Source: an uncultured Bacillales bacterium
GTDB lineage: Bacteria; Bacillota_I; Bacilli_A; RF39; UBA660
Direction of reading: 5' to 3'
Assembly (NCBI GenBank): GCA_905206805.1
Contig: CAJLIR010000006.1
Coordinates: forward strand, 2,999 to 66,998
Length of the DNA: 64,000 nt
Under the pieces are notes generated by a model. The model saw only the letters and a list, made by a program, of their open reading frames with translations. It did not search any database and was not told where the DNA came from. Position 1 is the stretch's first letter. Every line of letters begins with the position of its first letter. The position numbers and the translations under genes were made by a program. Below are positions 30,401-39,800 of the stretch, in pieces.

Positions 30401-33400
30401 GAGTTGAATATTAATACCATTGCTTATTATAATGGTGCATCTATTGAGATAATAGGCGGCCACTATTTGGAAAAAAGTGGTGTTATAACTGTAACTTCTA
30501 AATTAGAAGGTCTAGAAGATTCTGTTTATAAAATTAATTATACAAAAACTTCTGATATTGATGTTCCCGAAAATTTATATGAGTATACTGGTGATGTTCA
30601 AACATTTACGGCATTATATGGTGGAAAATATAAAATAGAATTATGGGGAGCTGCTGGTGGACGTGGAAGAACTAATTATGTATTAGATAAATATGGTGGT
30701 TCTGGAGGTTACACAAGTGGTGAAATAGTACTTAATCAAAACCAAGTTTTGTATGTTTATGTTGGAGGTAAAGGAAAAGATTCAGCAAGTGTATCTAGAT
30801 GTGTAGGTGGACTTGGAGGATATAATGGTGGAGCCAAAGGTGGTATTGATGGAAACTGTGATTCTAATCCTGAACCTGGAGCTGGTGGCGGAGGAGCTAC
30901 AGACATTCGTTTAGTTGGTGGTATTTGGAATGATACTGATTCATTAAAAAGCCGTATTATGGTTGCTGGAGGTGGTGGAGGAGCCACTTATAATGTTACC
31001 GGTTCATCCGCTGGTGGATTAGAAGGATATATTGGAAATAAAGGAAAATCGGCTGCAACTCAAATATCTGGTAATGCATTTGGATATGGCACTATTGTTT
31101 CTGATTCGGATTATACTGTTGGCCCAGGAGGAGCTGGAAGTGGATATTATGCTGGTACAACTAGTAGAAGTGATGGTTCATCTGGTGGAGGTGGATCAAG
31201 CTTTATTTCTGGACATGCCGGAAGTATAGCCATAAATGAAGATGGTAATCCTAAAACCACACTTTTTACAACTTTAAGTGATTCATATCATTATTCTAAT
31301 TTTGTTTTTACTAATACTGTTATGATAGATGGAAAAGGGTATAATTGGACTACTAAAAAAGAAGGTGTAACTTCTATGCCAGATCCTTATGGGGGATATT
31401 ATAAAGATGGTACTGGAAATTCTAAAGATGGCTATGCTAGAATAACTTTATTATCTACTTTAAGTAGTAATAATTTCTTAGATTCTCTTACAATTAACGA
31501 TGGTGATATTTCGATTGCATTTGAGCCTTGGATTACAGAATATGATTTAAATCTTGAAGAAGATGATAAATATATAAAAATTTCTGCTAAAGCGAAAGAT
31601 GAAGATGCTGTTATTAGCGGTTTAGGTACTGTCACTGTGCCACCTGGCAATAGTAAACAAACAATCTCTGTTACAGCAAGTGATGGAAGTGTTAGAAATT
31701 ATGTATTAAATATAAATCGTAAGGGTTCGAGTGACCCATATCCTTTAGACATACAAATAAATAAAATGAATCCTTATTTATGTCAAAAAGATTCTCATTA
31801 TTGTAATTATACTTTTAATAAAGATACAACTAATTATGAAATTACTTTACCTTTTATGCTTAATGAAGTTGAGGTAAAACCTATTTTAAAATCAGAATAT
31901 CAAAGTGTTATTTATAGAAAAGTAGAAGCTGATAATACAACTGAACTAGAAAATGGTACTTTTAGTTTAACAAATGATATAAATACTTATCAAGTAGAAG
32001 TTACTAGTGAGGATGGAACTCAAAATATTGTTTATACATATGTATTTAAAAGAGATATGACGGGTAATAATAATTTAACTAGTTTAAAAATTGTTAATCC
32101 AGATATTGAAATTGATTTTGATCCATATAAATATGAGTATTATGGAACAATTACTTCAGCTTATACAAATTATGATATTGAAGCAATTCCTGAAAGTAGT
32201 GATGCAAAAGTTTCTATTACAGGAAATACTAATTTGGTTTTAGGAATTAATGATGCTATGGTAATTGTTACTGCTTCTAATGGTGATACTAAAACTTATT
32301 TACTTCATATTTATAAAGAGCAAGATAGTAATGTGTTTTTGAAAGAATTAGAAGTTGTTGGAAATGGAAGTTCTTTAGAGTTATCACCACAATTTAATAA
32401 ATTGTTAAATGATTATGTTATAAGTGCTCCTTCAAATGTGAAATCTGTTACTATAAATGCAACTCCCGAAAGTGGCAGTGCATCTGTTACTGGATTAGGT
32501 AATAAAGTTTTAAAATCTGGTATAAATAATTTTAGTGTTCAAGTAACTAGTGAAAGTGGAGATGTTAATGTTTATAATTTGACAATTAATAAAGATAAGA
32601 ATTTTAATCCACTACTTTCTAATATTGAAATAGATGGATATACTTTTGAAGAAGAATTTAGTCCTACAAATTATGAATATTATTTAAAAATACCAAAGGA
32701 TGTTACTTCGCTTGATTTAAATGTTACTCCACAGGAATCTACTACAAATTATAGAATTAGTGGGAATCGTAATTTAGTAAAAGTAAATAATACTATTACA
32801 ATTCATAGTGTTGCTGAGAATCAAACCTCAAAAGATTACTATATATATGTATCAAAACCTCTTTCATCAAATAATTATTTGAAAGATATTAAGTTAAGTA
32901 CAGGCACCTTAAATGAAGAATTTAATAAAGAAACACTTGAATATACTATGGATATTTCAAGTGATGTTGAGAGTATAGATGTTACCGGAATTTTGGATGA
33001 TTCAAGTTCAATTATAAAGGGTAATGGTACATATTATTTATCCACAGGTGTAAATGTAATTAAACTTGTTGTTCAAAGTGAAACAGAAGAGGAACGTATA
33101 TATACTATAACAATAAATAGGGATAAAAATGATGATGCTGGTTTAAAAAAGGTAAATAATAGCGCAGGTAGTAGTGTTATACTAAATGATACAGAAGAAT
33201 ACCAATATTTGATTAATGTTCAATATGAGGTAAATCAAATAGAGATAAATGGTATTCCAAATGTATCAACATCAACAGTAAATGGTAATGGTACGTATTC
33301 ATTAAAGGTTGGAAATAATGATATTGTTTTAAGCGTTCAAAGTGAGAAAGGAACAGTAAAGACATATATTGTTAGGGTCGTAAGAGATTTATCCTTAAAT

Positions 33401-36400
33401 GATGATTTGAAATATTTATTTGTTAAAGAAGGCGCTCTTTCTCCTAGATTTCAAGATACAACTATTTTATATGATGTTAAAATTCCTTCTAATGTTGATA
33501 AATTAACTATTGATGCTATTACGGAAGATGAAAATGCTACGTATGAAATTATTGGTAATCAAGATTTTGTTGAGGAAACTGAAAAGGAAGTAATAGTTAG
33601 AGTTACTGCTCAACGTGGAAATACTAAAGATTATAAATTGCGAGTTGTTAAACAAAAAGTAATAACTGAAGAATTTTATTTAGATTCTTTATCTATAGAT
33701 TCTGGTATCTTAAATCCTACTTTTGATCCTAAAACTCAACTATATTATGCGTCTGTTGATTATAATGTTAATGAGATTACTTTAACTGGTGGCACTAATG
33801 ATCCAAACGTTAGAGTATATGGAAATGGTACATATTCTTTAAATGTTGGGAAAAATCCACTTGCTATTTCTATAATAAATAGTGAGGGTCTTCAAAAAGA
33901 TTATCAAGTTATCGTGACAAGAAAGGAATCTGATGATGCTACATTATCTTCACTTGTAGTAAAGGGTAATAAATTAAACCCTAAGTTTAATAAGAATATT
34001 GATAATTATACTTTAACTACAAGCAAATCTTTTCTAGAGTTTACTACAATTAAAACAACAGAAAATGATGCCACATATGAAGTAATTGGTAATAAAAATT
34101 TTACAACTGGTATAAATACTGTAACTATAAGAGTTACTGCTCCTGATAAAACAAAAACTCATGATTATGTACTTTCTGTAAATAAAAGTGCAGATACAAA
34201 CAATAATTTAGCATCTTTGAGTGTTCTTGGTAATACTTTAATACCTAATTTTCATAAAGGTGTAACAACATATACCATCAATGTTTCAAATGAAATAAAC
34301 AATGTTGTTATTGAAGCTACACCAGAAGAGAAAACATCTACGGTAACAGGAACAGGGTCACAACAAATTAATGTTGGTACTAATAAAATTGATGTTGTTG
34401 TAACAAGTGAAGCAGGAACTCAAAAAAAATATACAATTATTGTTACAAAAGATGAATCAGATAACAACTTTTTGGCAAATCTTTATACAAGTGAAGGAAT
34501 TTTAACTCCAAATTTTGATAAAGAAATATTAGAATATAATATAAATGTTCCTAATGAAGTTGATGAGATAGAAATAGATGGTAAATTAGAAGATTTATCT
34601 GCATCTACAAATGACTTTAAATTATATTCTTTAAATGAAGGCGATAATTCAATTTATATTACTGTAACAAGTCAGGCTGGAAGTGTACGTATATATAAAA
34701 TAAATGTCAATAGAGAAGAAAAAGTAAGTTCTTATTTAAAGAATTTAGAAATAGAAAATTATGATTTAGATCCCGAGTTTGATAAAGAAAATTTTGAATA
34801 TTTTATTAATGTTAATAATGAAACAACAAAATTAGATATTTCTTTAGAAACAGAAGATGAAAATGCTAATGTTGAAGTATCTGGAAATGAAAATTTTTCT
34901 GTAGGAATGAATATAGTTACAATTACAGTAACAACAACGGATTCGACAACTTCAACTTATGAAATTTATGTTAATAGGAATTTATCTACTAACAATTATT
35001 TAAGTAGTATTGAATTATCTAGTGGTACATTGAACCCAGAATTTAATCCAAATACAATGAATTATGTGGTAGATGTTGAAAATAATATTTCAAGCATAGA
35101 TATTAATGCAGTAGTGCAAGATTCACAATCAGTTGTAACAGTTGGTAATGGAACTCATACTTTAATTACAGGAGAAAATGAAATTGTTATTAAAGTTAAA
35201 TCGGCAATAGGAGTATATAGAGTATATACACTAAAAGTAAATAGAAAAAAATCTGATAATAATTATTTATCAAGTTTAATTGTTACTTCTAATAATAAAA
35301 ATATACCAATAAATTTTGAAAAAACTAATAATAATTATTCAATAAATGTTGATAGTTCAGTTGATTATATCAATATAAAGGCGTTTTCTGAGGAAAAAAG
35401 TTCTACTGTAAGTAATATAGGTACTAAAAAAATAAATTTAGGAATCAATAACTTTGAAATATTAGTTACTAGTGAGTCTGGTCTTGTAAATGTATATAAG
35501 TTAACTGTAGAAAGAAAAGCTAGTAGTAATAATAATGTTATTTTAATAAAACCAAGTGTTGGATTATTAAATGTTTCATTTGATCCAAAAATAAAAGAAT
35601 ATACATTAAATGTAGATAAAGATGATAATTTACTTTCCTTTGATGTTAACTTAGAAGATAGTAAAGCAATTGTTACTGGTTACGAAGAAAAAATTATTAC
35701 TGATGGAACAAGTGTAAGAACAATAACAGTAACAGCAGAAGATGGCAGTACAAATATATATACTTTTAATGTAATAAAAGAAAATCAAAGTGAAGCTAGA
35801 TTATCTAGTTTAAAAATAAAAGGTTATGAAATAAATTTTGATAAAGATAAATTTATTTATAATATAGAAGTAGCTGGTAAAAAAAGTAAATTACTAGAAA
35901 GTGAAATAGAAGCAATACCATTAGATAATGAAGCAAATGTAAATTTGATGGGTGATATAGAATTATTACGAGATATAAATAATAAATATATTATTGAAGT
36001 TATTGCTAAAGATGGTTATACGACACAAGAATATATATTAAATATAACTAGAGGTCCTATATTAGAAAATATTACTGTAAATAAAAATTTGTTTAAAATA
36101 GTAGAAGGTGAAACAGATACTATTTTAGTAACTACTGATCCTTTAGATTTTAAAACTGATATAAAATATGAAGTAGAAGATGATAGTATTGTAAGTGTTG
36201 ATGATGCTGGATTAATAACAGGTTTAAGTGTAGGGAAAACTACAATTAAAGTAATAGCAGTAGAAGATGAAAATATTACAAAAACATTAAATATAGAAGT
36301 AATACCAAAAGAGATAAAGAGTTCATATAGTATTAATAGAGATGAATATAAATATATAATTGGTATGGATGCTGGAATAACTGTTGATGATTTTTTAACA

Positions 36401-36733
36401 AGTATTGAAAATGATAAAGAGTATACAAAAATTTATAATGGAGAAGAATTTGCTGATAATTCTGAAATAATTAAAACAGGACAAATTATAAAACTAGAAA
36501 TAAATGATAAAGTATATGATGAATTGATAATAATTGTTAGAGGAGATATTAACGGTGATGGAAAAATAAACATATCTGATAGTGTTATATTGCAGGATTA
36601 TGTTTTGCTAAAAGAAAAAATAACTGATTATAGAGAATACTCAATGGAATTAACAAAGGATGGGAAAATAAATATATCTGATACTGTTAGACTTAATGAA
36701 TATATTTTAAAGAAAATTAAAACTTTAAACTGA
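27428..36733 (+). CDS. giant secreted surface protein (3101 aa): signal peptide, 3x glycine-rich (ALK/LTK-type Gly_rich-like) domains, about 25 cadherin-like beta-sandwich domains, a Big_2-like Ig domain, C-terminal dockerin
   Basis: Signal peptide. Three roughly 290-aa modules begin Y(G/S)xYKIELWGAAGG and carry multiple poly-Gly stretches (GAGGGATDVRLV, SRIMVAGGGGG, GGSSFISG). Dozens of roughly 90-aa repeats follow the L.SL.v..G.L.P.F......Y...V......V...A.......v.g.G......G.N.I.I.V.....t..Y.i.V.R pattern. C-terminal GDINGDGKINISDSVILQDYVL...KDGKINISDTVRLNEYIL is a dockerin duplicated Ca-binding segment. Confidence 0.9.
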   Translation: MYKNKNLIILIFSLVLFFVFYPDVFAQEISEFSCTDDYQEFIAPTYGNYKIELWGAAGGRNLVDNAYTNTTYAKLGGKGAYTSGVITLKKNEKIYVYVGCKGRDAKKATIVAGGYNGGGRGDHDHSDDEASGAGGGATDVRLVKGDNWDDFTSLKSRIMIAGGGGGASYELRGGNAGTLSGEDTLYSKGGTQTTGYKFGIGQDGVYVNSNVDVAGGGGGYFGGFAKSSGASNSYKTAGAGGSSFVSGCTGCTAISGNSTEDNIYFLNSNIHYSNYKFSDIVMKSGSEEMPNYLDNSVITGNSSDGHARITLINGISHFTKLDIENATIVQKLEDSVFEYDVIIPNDNFSTTINYETSVKNVTVFGAGKVTLKDGKVHMVSIIDNDTGDITIYNITPSLKKSTLKSISFSEKQFDFNPDQYEYTIEVPYNIFDLTPIIETYDNTTYTIEKSTLKIGNNLVKINVSTQGMENSTYKFYVKRQESNNLKTIYESTGSSEEYVVPYSGYYEIELWGAAGGRGRTNYVLDKYGGKGGYTKGTIYLEKGTILYFYVGGKGLNAASVSRCVGGLGGYNGGAQGGIDGNCDSNPEPGAGGGGATDVRLVGGDWNNIDSLKSRIMVAGGGGGGTYSYVGSSAGGLNGYAGGAAKTFATQISGNAFGYATMVSNSDYTGGPGGSGSGYYGGITNKSDSASGGGGSSFISGHAGSIAINEDGIPKTNVYTVLDNSIHYSNYKFEDTVMIDGNGYEWTTKKETQIGMPTFDGKSKMNGNENSGYAKITFLGRGKEDTLDFIALSSGTLDPVFDPDTKEYNVTLDSSVSQLTVDATSSNPDIAIYGLGEYDIPSGKTDINIQLTSVNGNVNLYTIHVTRDANSNKYLSNVLINGIKYDLFSPSKFEYNIELPTSINYIDLEVIKGSTSQEVTGTGKFEFSNNSISKTILVVSEDKNESQHYIFNFTRKKSTKLKSIDLGNELIKNFDFGSDIYEYNIEIPNNILELNINTIAYYNGASIEIIGGHYLEKSGVITVTSKLEGLEDSVYKINYTKTSDIDVPENLYEYTGDVQTFTALYGGKYKIELWGAAGGRGRTNYVLDKYGGSGGYTSGEIVLNQNQVLYVYVGGKGKDSASVSRCVGGLGGYNGGAKGGIDGNCDSNPEPGAGGGGATDIRLVGGIWNDTDSLKSRIMVAGGGGGATYNVTGSSAGGLEGYIGNKGKSAATQISGNAFGYGTIVSDSDYTVGPGGAGSGYYAGTTSRSDGSSGGGGSSFISGHAGSIAINEDGNPKTTLFTTLSDSYHYSNFVFTNTVMIDGKGYNWTTKKEGVTSMPDPYGGYYKDGTGNSKDGYARITLLSTLSSNNFLDSLTINDGDISIAFEPWITEYDLNLEEDDKYIKISAKAKDEDAVISGLGTVTVPPGNSKQTISVTASDGSVRNYVLNINRKGSSDPYPLDIQINKMNPYLCQKDSHYCNYTFNKDTTNYEITLPFMLNEVEVKPILKSEYQSVIYRKVEADNTTELENGTFSLTNDINTYQVEVTSEDGTQNIVYTYVFKRDMTGNNNLTSLKIVNPDIEIDFDPYKYEYYGTITSAYTNYDIEAIPESSDAKVSITGNTNLVLGINDAMVIVTASNGDTKTYLLHIYKEQDSNVFLKELEVVGNGSSLELSPQFNKLLNDYVISAPSNVKSVTINATPESGSASVTGLGNKVLKSGINNFSVQVTSESGDVNVYNLTINKDKNFNPLLSNIEIDGYTFEEEFSPTNYEYYLKIPKDVTSLDLNVTPQESTTNYRISGNRNLVKVNNTITIHSVAENQTSKDYYIYVSKPLSSNNYLKDIKLSTGTLNEEFNKETLEYTMDISSDVESIDVTGILDDSSSIIKGNGTYYLSTGVNVIKLVVQSETEEERIYTITINRDKNDDAGLKKVNNSAGSSVILNDTEEYQYLINVQYEVNQIEINGIPNVSTSTVNGNGTYSLKVGNNDIVLSVQSEKGTVKTYIVRVVRDLSLNDDLKYLFVKEGALSPRFQDTTILYDVKIPSNVDKLTIDAITEDENATYEIIGNQDFVEETEKEVIVRVTAQRGNTKDYKLRVVKQKVITEEFYLDSLSIDSGILNPTFDPKTQLYYASVDYNVNEITLTGGTNDPNVRVYGNGTYSLNVGKNPLAISIINSEGLQKDYQVIVTRKESDDATLSSLVVKGNKLNPKFNKNIDNYTLTTSKSFLEFTTIKTTENDATYEVIGNKNFTTGINTVTIRVTAPDKTKTHDYVLSVNKSADTNNNLASLSVLGNTLIPNFHKGVTTYTINVSNEINNVVIEATPEEKTSTVTGTGSQQINVGTNKIDVVVTSEAGTQKKYTIIVTKDESDNNFLANLYTSEGILTPNFDKEILEYNINVPNEVDEIEIDGKLEDLSASTNDFKLYSLNEGDNSIYITVTSQAGSVRIYKINVNREEKVSSYLKNLEIENYDLDPEFDKENFEYFINVNNETTKLDISLETEDENANVEVSGNENFSVGMNIVTITVTTTDSTTSTYEIYVNRNLSTNNYLSSIELSSGTLNPEFNPNTMNYVVDVENNISSIDINAVVQDSQSVVTVGNGTHTLITGENEIVIKVKSAIGVYRVYTLKVNRKKSDNNYLSSLIVTSNNKNIPINFEKTNNNYSINVDSSVDYINIKAFSEEKSSTVSNIGTKKINLGINNFEILVTSESGLVNVYKLTVERKASSNNNVILIKPSVGLLNVSFDPKIKEYTLNVDKDDNLLSFDVNLEDSKAIVTGYEEKIITDGTSVRTITVTAEDGSTNIYTFNVIKENQSEARLSSLKIKGYEINFDKDKFIYNIEVAGKKSKLLESEIEAIPLDNEANVNLMGDIELLRDINNKYIIEVIAKDGYTTQEYILNITRGPILENITVNKNLFKIVEGETDTILVTTDPLDFKTDIKYEVEDDSIVSVDDAGLITGLSVGKTTIKVIAVEDENITKTLNIEVIPKEIKSSYSINRDEYKYIIGMDAGITVDDFLTSIENDKEYTKIYNGEEFADNSEIIKTGQIIKLEINDKVYDELIIIVRGDINGDGKINISDSVILQDYVLLKEKITDYREYSMELTKDGKINISDTVRLNEYILKKIKTLN

Positions 36734-36750
36734 ATTTGTTAAATAGAAAA

Positions 36751-36778
36751 GCACTAAAATTTTATTAGTGTTTTTTTT
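36751..36778 (+). terminator. rho-independent terminator after the 3101-aa gene
   Basis: GCACTAA-aatttta-TTAGTG(T) hairpin followed by T8. Confidence 0.6.
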
Positions 36779-36800
36779 GTCGATTTTTGTAATATTTCGG

Positions 36801-36829
36801 TTTACAAATAATATACATTTTGTTATAAT
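36801..36829 (+). promoter_or_regulatory. putative promoter of the 1851-aa gene operon (TTTACA, 17 nt, TATAAT with TGT extension)
   Basis: TTTACA at 36801-36806, 17-nt spacer, TATAAT at 36824-36829 preceded by TGT; GGGAGAG RBS before 36871. Confidence 0.4.
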
Positions 36830-36870
36830 ATAATTATAATAAGTAAAGTATAGTTAGAAGTTGGGAGAGC

Positions 36871-39800
36871 TTGAAAATGAAATTAGTAAAAAAAAATAAT
36901 TTTTTTCTGTTATTTATTATAATGTTATTTTCTTTTGGATTTAATGTTATATCTGTAAATGCAGAAGGTGAACATCAATTTTCATTAAAGGTTTATGATT
37001 GGAATGCTTTTGATAATGATTGGGAAGGTTCTGGTACGGGAGAAGAAATTTCTAATAATGGTACTATAGAACCTGGTAAAGTATATAAATTATCTATTTA
37101 TTATATTCCAGGAACAATTACAGAAGTAGGTATGCAAATGGGGATTAAGTATAATAATCTTTTAATTGAACCGATGTATGCAGATGGTGAATTGTATACA
37201 GAAACTGATATGTCAACAACATACCAAGGTGGTATATGGCCTGCATCAGGTACAACACCATCCGCAAAAAAGAAAACAAATTGGCAAGTATTGTCAAATG
37301 ATGCAAGTGATGAAAGTATGTTTACATTTATGGCTACGGATACAACAACTTCAAATGCTCTTGAAACAGAAGGAGAAATTGCAAGTGTGTATTTTAAAGT
37401 AAAAGATACAGTGACATCAGGAACAAATATAATTTTTGAATATGATGATGAATATACAGCACTTAATAACGATAGACCTAAAGTAACATCAGGAATAAAT
37501 TTAACAGTTCAAACAGCTTTAAGTTCTAATTCGGCACTTCATACATTAAGTGTCACAAATAGCGAAACAACTTATAATTTAACCCCAACTTTTACAGCAG
37601 ATGATAATACAATTAAAGAATATAGTACAGTTGTACCTTCATCAGTAACAAGTGTTGATTTAAGTGCAACAGCAACAGATTCTAATGCCAGCGTGTTAAG
37701 TGGCGGATTGGGTATAAAAGAATTAAATATTGGAAATAATGATTTTAATATAGTTGTAACCGCTGGGGATGGTTCAATTACTACTTATAAGGTGTCAGTT
37801 TATAGATTAAATGATGATGCTACATTAAAATCATTAGATTTAACAAATAATGTTAATATTGGAGAATTTAATAGTGCAACTACTGAATATGAGGCAAGCG
37901 TACCATACGCAACTAAAAATACAGTTGTAAGTGCAACAACAACAGATCAAAATGCAAGTATTAAATCTGGAACTGGAAGTTTTGAATTTACTAATTGTGG
38001 TACTACTCCTAATACTAAGGAAATAATAGTAAATGCTGAAAACTGTAAGGAAGAATATGCAAGTGTTCCAAATAATGCTTGTACTACAAAAACATATACA
38101 GTAACAGTAAATAGAGAAAATCCTTCTAATAATAATTATTTAAGTAATTTAAAAGTAAATGGACAAACAGTAACTGATTTTAATAAAGAAAAATTAGAAT
38201 ATACATTGGATGATGTAAAAGGTGATGTTTCAAGTATAGAAGTTTCAGCTACAGCCGAAGATACAAAAGCAAGTGTAGTAGGAACTGAAAATAAATCACT
38301 AAGTATTGGTGATAATAGTATAGAAGTAGTTGTAACAGCAGAAGATGGATCAACTAAAATTTATACAATAAAAGTTAAGAAGTTATCAAATGATATAGCA
38401 CTTAAATCATTAACTGTAACAAGTAACCCTATGGGAACATTAACTCCAAGTTTTGCAAGTACAACTTATGCTTATACATATAATTATGATGCAACAGTAA
38501 CAAGTTTAAATGTTACAGCAACAACAAATAATACAAATGCAAAAGTAGGAATTATTGATAGTGATTCAAGTGATATTATGACAAGTACAATCGGAAGTGC
38601 AGCAAAAACATTTAATTCATCTACAAAAAATGTAAAAGTAACGGTAACAGCTGAAGATGGTACAACAAAAGATTATACAATTGTTTTATCAAGAGATAAA
38701 TCAACAGATGCAACATTAGATAGTTTAACAGTAAGTGAAGGAACATTAACTCCAACATTTAATAAAAATACATTAAATTATACAGTAAATGTTGATAATG
38801 ATGTTACCAGCATTGATGTAAATGCAACATCAACAGATTCAAATGCTACAGTAACTGGTACAGGAACTAAACAATTAAATACAGGAAATAATTTAATTAA
38901 TATTGTAGTTAAAAGTGAATCTGGAACCGAAAACACTTATACAATAAATGTAATAAGAGCAAAGAGTTCTAATAATTACTTAAGTGATTTAAAAGTAAAT
39001 GGGCAAACAGTAACTGATTTTAATAAAGAAAAATTAGAATATACATTGGATGATGTAAAAGGTGATGTTTCAAGTATAGAAGTTTCAGCTACAGCCGAAG
39101 ATACAAAAGCAAGTGTAGTAGGAACTGAAAATAAATCACTAAGTATTGGTGATAATAGTATAGAAGTAGTTGTAACAGCAGAAGATGGATCAACTAAAAT
39201 TTATACAATAAAAGTTAAGAAGTTATCAAATGATATAGCACTTAAATCATTAACTGTAACAAGTAACCCTATGGGAACATTAACTCCAAGTTTTGCAAGT
39301 ACAACTTATGCTTATACATATAATTATGATGCAACAGTAACAAGTTTAAATGTTACAGCAACAACAAATAATACAAATGCAAAAGTAGGAATTATTGATA
39401 GTGATTCAAGTGATATTATGACAAGTACAATCGGAAGTGCAGCAAAAACATTTAATTCATCTACAAAAAATGTAAAAGTAACGGTAACAGCTGAAGATGG
39501 TACAACAAAAGACTATACAATCGTTTTATCAAGAGCTTTATCAAATAATAGTTATTTAAAAGATATAAGTATTGATGGAACTAATATTGATGGATTTAAT
39601 AAAGAAAATTTTGAATATAATATAAAAGTTTCAAGAGAAACAGATAGTATTAATATATCTGCAATTTTAGATGATGAAAAGGCAACTTTAACTACAGATT
39701 TATCTAATAAATTTAGTTTAAATCTAGGAACTAATAAAATAAATATTGTAGTAACGGCAGAAAATGGTGATACAAGCACTTATGTATTAAATATTGAAAG

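Noticed and set aside
30757-30987. Pro-rich reverse-strand ORF (MAPPPPPATIIR...) and other small ORFs antisense to the 3101-aa gene (27654-27854, 29277-29474, 29420-29605, 31032-31229, 31432-31650)
   Set aside because: They lie wholly inside the giant coding region. The Pro runs are just the reverse complement of the GGx glycine codons of the Gly-rich domains. No RBS is present and there is no independent support.
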